DNA of 64,000 bases, taken from the IMG/VR virus record IMGVR_UViG_3300024999_000036. One strand, given 5' to 3'. The position numbers were made by a program, and so were the translations under genes. The notes under the pieces are model-generated. The model had not been told where the DNA came from and did no database searches. It saw only the letters and a list, made by a program, of their open reading frames with translations. Shown here one piece after another: positions 61,033 through 64,000 of this stretch. Each line of letters opens with the position of its first letter. Position 1 is the first letter of the stretch. The stretch is from an uncultured virus (IMG/VR IMGVR_UViG_3300024999_000036) (taxonomy: Duplodnaviria; Heunggongvirae; Uroviricota; Caudoviricetes).

Positions 61033-62160
61033 TTATAATACCTGTGACATCTCTTCATTTCCTAATACATGCGAAGACATTACTTTTTGAACATATGATT
61101 GAGTGCTAGAATTATTGATTATTCTCTTTCCTTTAGTTGTTTCTCTAAATATTTCATTCCAAATTGGATTATTTTTATCTAAGAAATTATTTTCATTCAA
61201 TTTGTATAATTTTTCTACTAAATTGCTTTCATTCATTAATTCTTTTGCTAATCTCATATAACCATACCATGCGAGACTTTCAATCGTCATTCTCCTAGTT
61301 TTTAATTCATTTCTTAAATGTATTTCTATTTGACCCATTTCACTTTTTTGTAAATTAATTAAAATATTAAAGAATTTAACTAAATAATCCCCTATTTCTT
61401 TAACTTCTTCTTTTGTCTTGATAGAAAAATTATTTCTTAATGCTTGAATTAATGTAGAAAAACTAACCAAATAAGGATTGGTAGAGGTAATTGAATTGTT
61501 AACATTATCAACTCTGCATTTTAATTCACTGTTTTCAATTAAATAGGTTAAAGTATTATTTGATAAATCTTCTATATTTAAAAACTCTTGTCTACTTTTA
61601 CTTACACGACCAATATTCATATTTAACTCTGCAAATAAAGTTTTACATTTTTCTTCGTCATAATTAGTAATTACTGTGACAAAATAAAATTCTTCAGGAT
61701 TAGGCCAATTAATACCTATTTTTTGTCTTTTTGGATATTCTTTCATATACCTTACGCAACTTAAAATTCTATGATTGCCATCAATTATAATATTAGGTTT
61801 CCCACCAGATAATGTTTTATTTCCAGGATTATATACCAAAGGGAATTCATCATTGTAGGAAGACATATAGTTTAATGATAATAGTCCTCCTCCTAATTTT
61901 TGATTGACTAAACATTCCATAATTTGATTTACTTTTTTGGTAGAAAATATCATCTTAAGATTGTTATTTTTATCCATTTTATAACCACGCTGAATATTAC
62001 CATCGTAATAAATACTTCCACTACTATGAAGTTCTGAGATTTGCTTAATATTCAATGGAACTAAATATTTTTTCTGCCCTTGGTTGTCTACTATTTCTGT
62101 CACATTCTCAAATTCCCAATTAATCATTTCTTTCTTTTCTAATACACTAGCAACACCCAT
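61033..62160 (-). CDS. DGQHR/DndB-like (ParB superfamily) protein
   Basis: NIQRG, IIDGNHR, LFAELN motifs. Confidence 0.75.
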   Translation of the reverse strand: MGVASVLEKKEMINWEFENVTEIVDNQGQKKYLVPLNIKQISELHSSGSIYYDGNIQRGYKMDKNNNLKMIFSTKKVNQIMECLVNQKLGGGLLSLNYMSSYNDEFPLVYNPGNKTLSGGKPNIIIDGNHRILSCVRYMKEYPKRQKIGINWPNPEEFYFVTVITNYDEEKCKTLFAELNMNIGRVSKSRQEFLNIEDLSNNTLTYLIENSELKCRVDNVNNSITSTNPYLVSFSTLIQALRNNFSIKTKEEVKEIGDYLVKFFNILINLQKSEMGQIEIHLRNELKTRRMTIESLAWYGYMRLAKELMNESNLVEKLYKLNENNFLDKNNPIWNEIFRETTKGKRIINNSSTQSYVQKVMSSHVLGNEEMSQVL

Positions 62161-62439
62161 TTATTTCACTCTCCTATTATCATTTTTAATACTTTTAATC
62201 ATCTTATTCTAATTATATCATTTTGTTGAATTTTTATACATACTAAATCAATAAAATTTTAAAAAATTTAACAAATATCCTACCTTATTCTTTATTGCTA
62301 AATATTCCATTCCACATTTCAATATATTTATGCCCTATTACCTAAAAATATAACCCATTTTATATATTGCTTATGATTTATTATAAAAATATAATTATAA
62401 AAATATAAATTACAATGAAAAGTTTATATTCATATATGT

Positions 62440-64000
62440 TTATATCTTTTTTGCAATTTCCCAATGAAAATAATCATATCGTACCAAGTTTCTAATATCA
62501 AAAGAATGTGTACTTGGTACACTATGAATATCAACAATAATTCCGTAAAATCCTAGATCATATTCATCTTCCTTATCCTCTTTTTTCTTAACGATGATAC
62601 GATCTATTAATATTTCTATAATTTTCCTTTTATATTCATAACTTATTTTATCATTAATAATATCATCTTTATATTTGTTCATTATTTCAAATACTTTAGA
62701 TGAAATTTCATTACTATATTTTTCTTGTTCTATTCTTTCATTGATTTTTTTAATTTCGTCTTGAAGATTTTTAATTTCAATGTTTATTTTAGATAAATCT
62801 TTTTCCATTTCATTTTCTGAAATTAAATCCAACATAAACATTTTTTTAATTTTTTCACGATTTTTATTCTTATCCTCTAAAAGTTTACTATGCAATTCAA
62901 ATTGTTTTAATAAAATATCATCATTTTTTTTCTCTCCTAATTTTTCCTTAAGTAAATTAGGATTAGTACACATATCTTTAATTTCATTCCAAACAGCATT
63001 ATCTAATTTATCAGCATGTATTGTTTTACTAAGACATTTATACGCCCCCATAGTTTTAGGATTTTTACCATTACATCTATAAACAAAATATTTCTTATTT
63101 TTATATCCATTATAAGTAGTACAAATTAATGATTTACCGCATATACCACATTTTAATTTAGATCTTAATAAATAATCATATTTTGTATTTGATTTTTTAT
63201 ATGTTTTATTTTCTTCTGCTTGTTTACGTGCTAATCCATATAATTCTTCTGAAATTATTGATGGTACTTCTGCATAAATCCAATCTGATTCATCTCTCCA
63301 AGTATATGTTTTCTTTTTATTTCCACTAGCAGTTCTTTCTCCTATGATTTTTTTACTTTGTCTTCTATTATAAATATATTTACCTATATATATTTCAGAT
63401 CGAAGTATTCTACTAATTGAACTTTTACACCAATTATCAGATTCTTTTCTTTTAGGTTGTACCCCCATATCAGATAATTTTGTTCCCATTTCGGTTAAAC
63501 TTAATTTTTCATATACGTACCACTTATAAATTAATTTAACAATTTCTGCTTCTTGCTCATTTATGATTAATTTACCTTCAATTAATTCATAGCCAAAAGG
63601 AGCAGACCTCATAGGCATAATTTTACCATCACGAGAAACTGCTTTTTCTCTTCCACTAGTAGTTCGCATTTTAATTCTTGCTAATTCATATTGCCCAAGT
63701 GAACTCATCATATTGAAGAATAATTGTCCTTCTGGTGTAGATTTAAATTCCATATCTACAAAAACAAGTTTAACATCATTGTTTTCAAATTCTCTACACA
63801 CAATTAATTTATTTGTTAAATCTCTTGAAAATCTATCAGGATGCATACAAATAACACCATTAATTAAACCATGTTTTATATCTTCTCTTAGTTTGTTTAA
63901 TTCAGTTCTGTCTAAATCCTCTCCTGTTTCTCCTTCTTCGCTATATATTTTCCATTCATTTATACCCATATTTTTTAATTCTTTTATACATTTTTCTGTT
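62440..64000 (-). CDS. Large serine recombinase (integrase), 5'-truncated by the window edge
   Basis: DRFSR, APFGY, recombinase domain, CGICG..YRC Zn ribbon, coiled coil; frame is open to base 64000. Confidence 0.92.
   Translation of the reverse strand, partial: TEKCIKELKNMGINEWKIYSEEGETGEDLDRTELNKLREDIKHGLINGVICMHPDRFSRDLTNKLIVCREFENNDVKLVFVDMEFKSTPEGQLFFNMMSSLGQYELARIKMRTTSGREKAVSRDGKIMPMRSAPFGYELIEGKLIINEQEAEIVKLIYKWYVYEKLSLTEMGTKLSDMGVQPKRKESDNWCKSSISRILRSEIYIGKYIYNRRQSKKIIGERTASGNKKKTYTWRDESDWIYAEVPSIISEELYGLARKQAEENKTYKKSNTKYDYLLRSKLKCGICGKSLICTTYNGYKNKKYFVYRCNGKNPKTMGAYKCLSKTIHADKLDNAVWNEIKDMCTNPNLLKEKLGEKKNDDILLKQFELHSKLLEDKNKNREKIKKMFMLDLISENEMEKDLSKINIEIKNLQDEIKKINERIEQEKYSNEISSKVFEIMNKYKDDIINDKISYEYKRKIIEILIDRIIVKKKEDKEDEYDLGFYGIIVDIHSVPSTHSFDIRNLVRYDYFHWEIAKKI

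Larger units (their letters stand above)
1..64000. mobile_element. SPbeta-like temperate phage/prophage, late-gene arm through the integrase
   Basis: Contiguous terminase-portal-protease-capsid-tail-tape measure-lysis order. Tyrosine recombinase inside the tail cluster, terminal large serine recombinase and phage HU, as recalled for SPbeta. No host housekeeping genes seen. Confidence 0.92.

Noticed and set aside
62161..62440. Prophage attachment site
   Set aside because: Phage-type genes lie on both sides and no partner site is visible; any att site probably lies beyond the window edge.
75..63082. Short antisense or alternate-frame ORFs in the track (e.g. 3919-4116, 12724-12987, 28036-28419, 35732-36070, 55389-55790, 62780-63082)
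   Set aside because: They overlap well-supported genes and show no recognisable motifs; most likely shadow frames.
1..64000. tRNA or rRNA genes
   Set aside because: No cloverleaf or rRNA-like GC-rich segment recognised by eye; a tRNAscan-SE run would be needed to exclude them.

Overview
The whole window is very AT-rich and reads as the late (morphogenesis and lysis) arm of a large SPbeta-like temperate siphophage or prophage of a Bacillota host, probably clostridial. Gene order: terminase subunits, portal, prohead protease/scaffold, major capsid, head-tail and tail-tube genes, HU, a tyrosine recombinase, a 2312-aa tape measure with an NlpC/P60 domain, distal tail and tail-spike proteins, a subtilisin-FN3 protein, holins and amidase, a helicase, a DGQHR/DndB-like protein, and a large serine recombinase cut off by the right edge. 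Five free-standing endonuclease genes and several moron cassettes with their own promoters are interspersed. Most notable observations: (1) the large terminase is split by a prfB/RF2-style +1 frameshift cassette (AGG TGG TAT CCC TGA C); (2) two genes upstream of the terminase look like rearranged copies of the phage's own terminase and tail protein and share a leader motif; (3) five copies of a bipartite DNA element with fixed or helically phased spacing; (4) two tandem small-RNA genes with a shared stem and different 20/24-nt loops; (5) structured leaders before endonuclease genes whose loops covary with the ribosome-binding region; (6) moron promoters that carry the complement of their own ribosome-binding site. 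All assignments were made by eye from motifs and synteny; no database searches were run.
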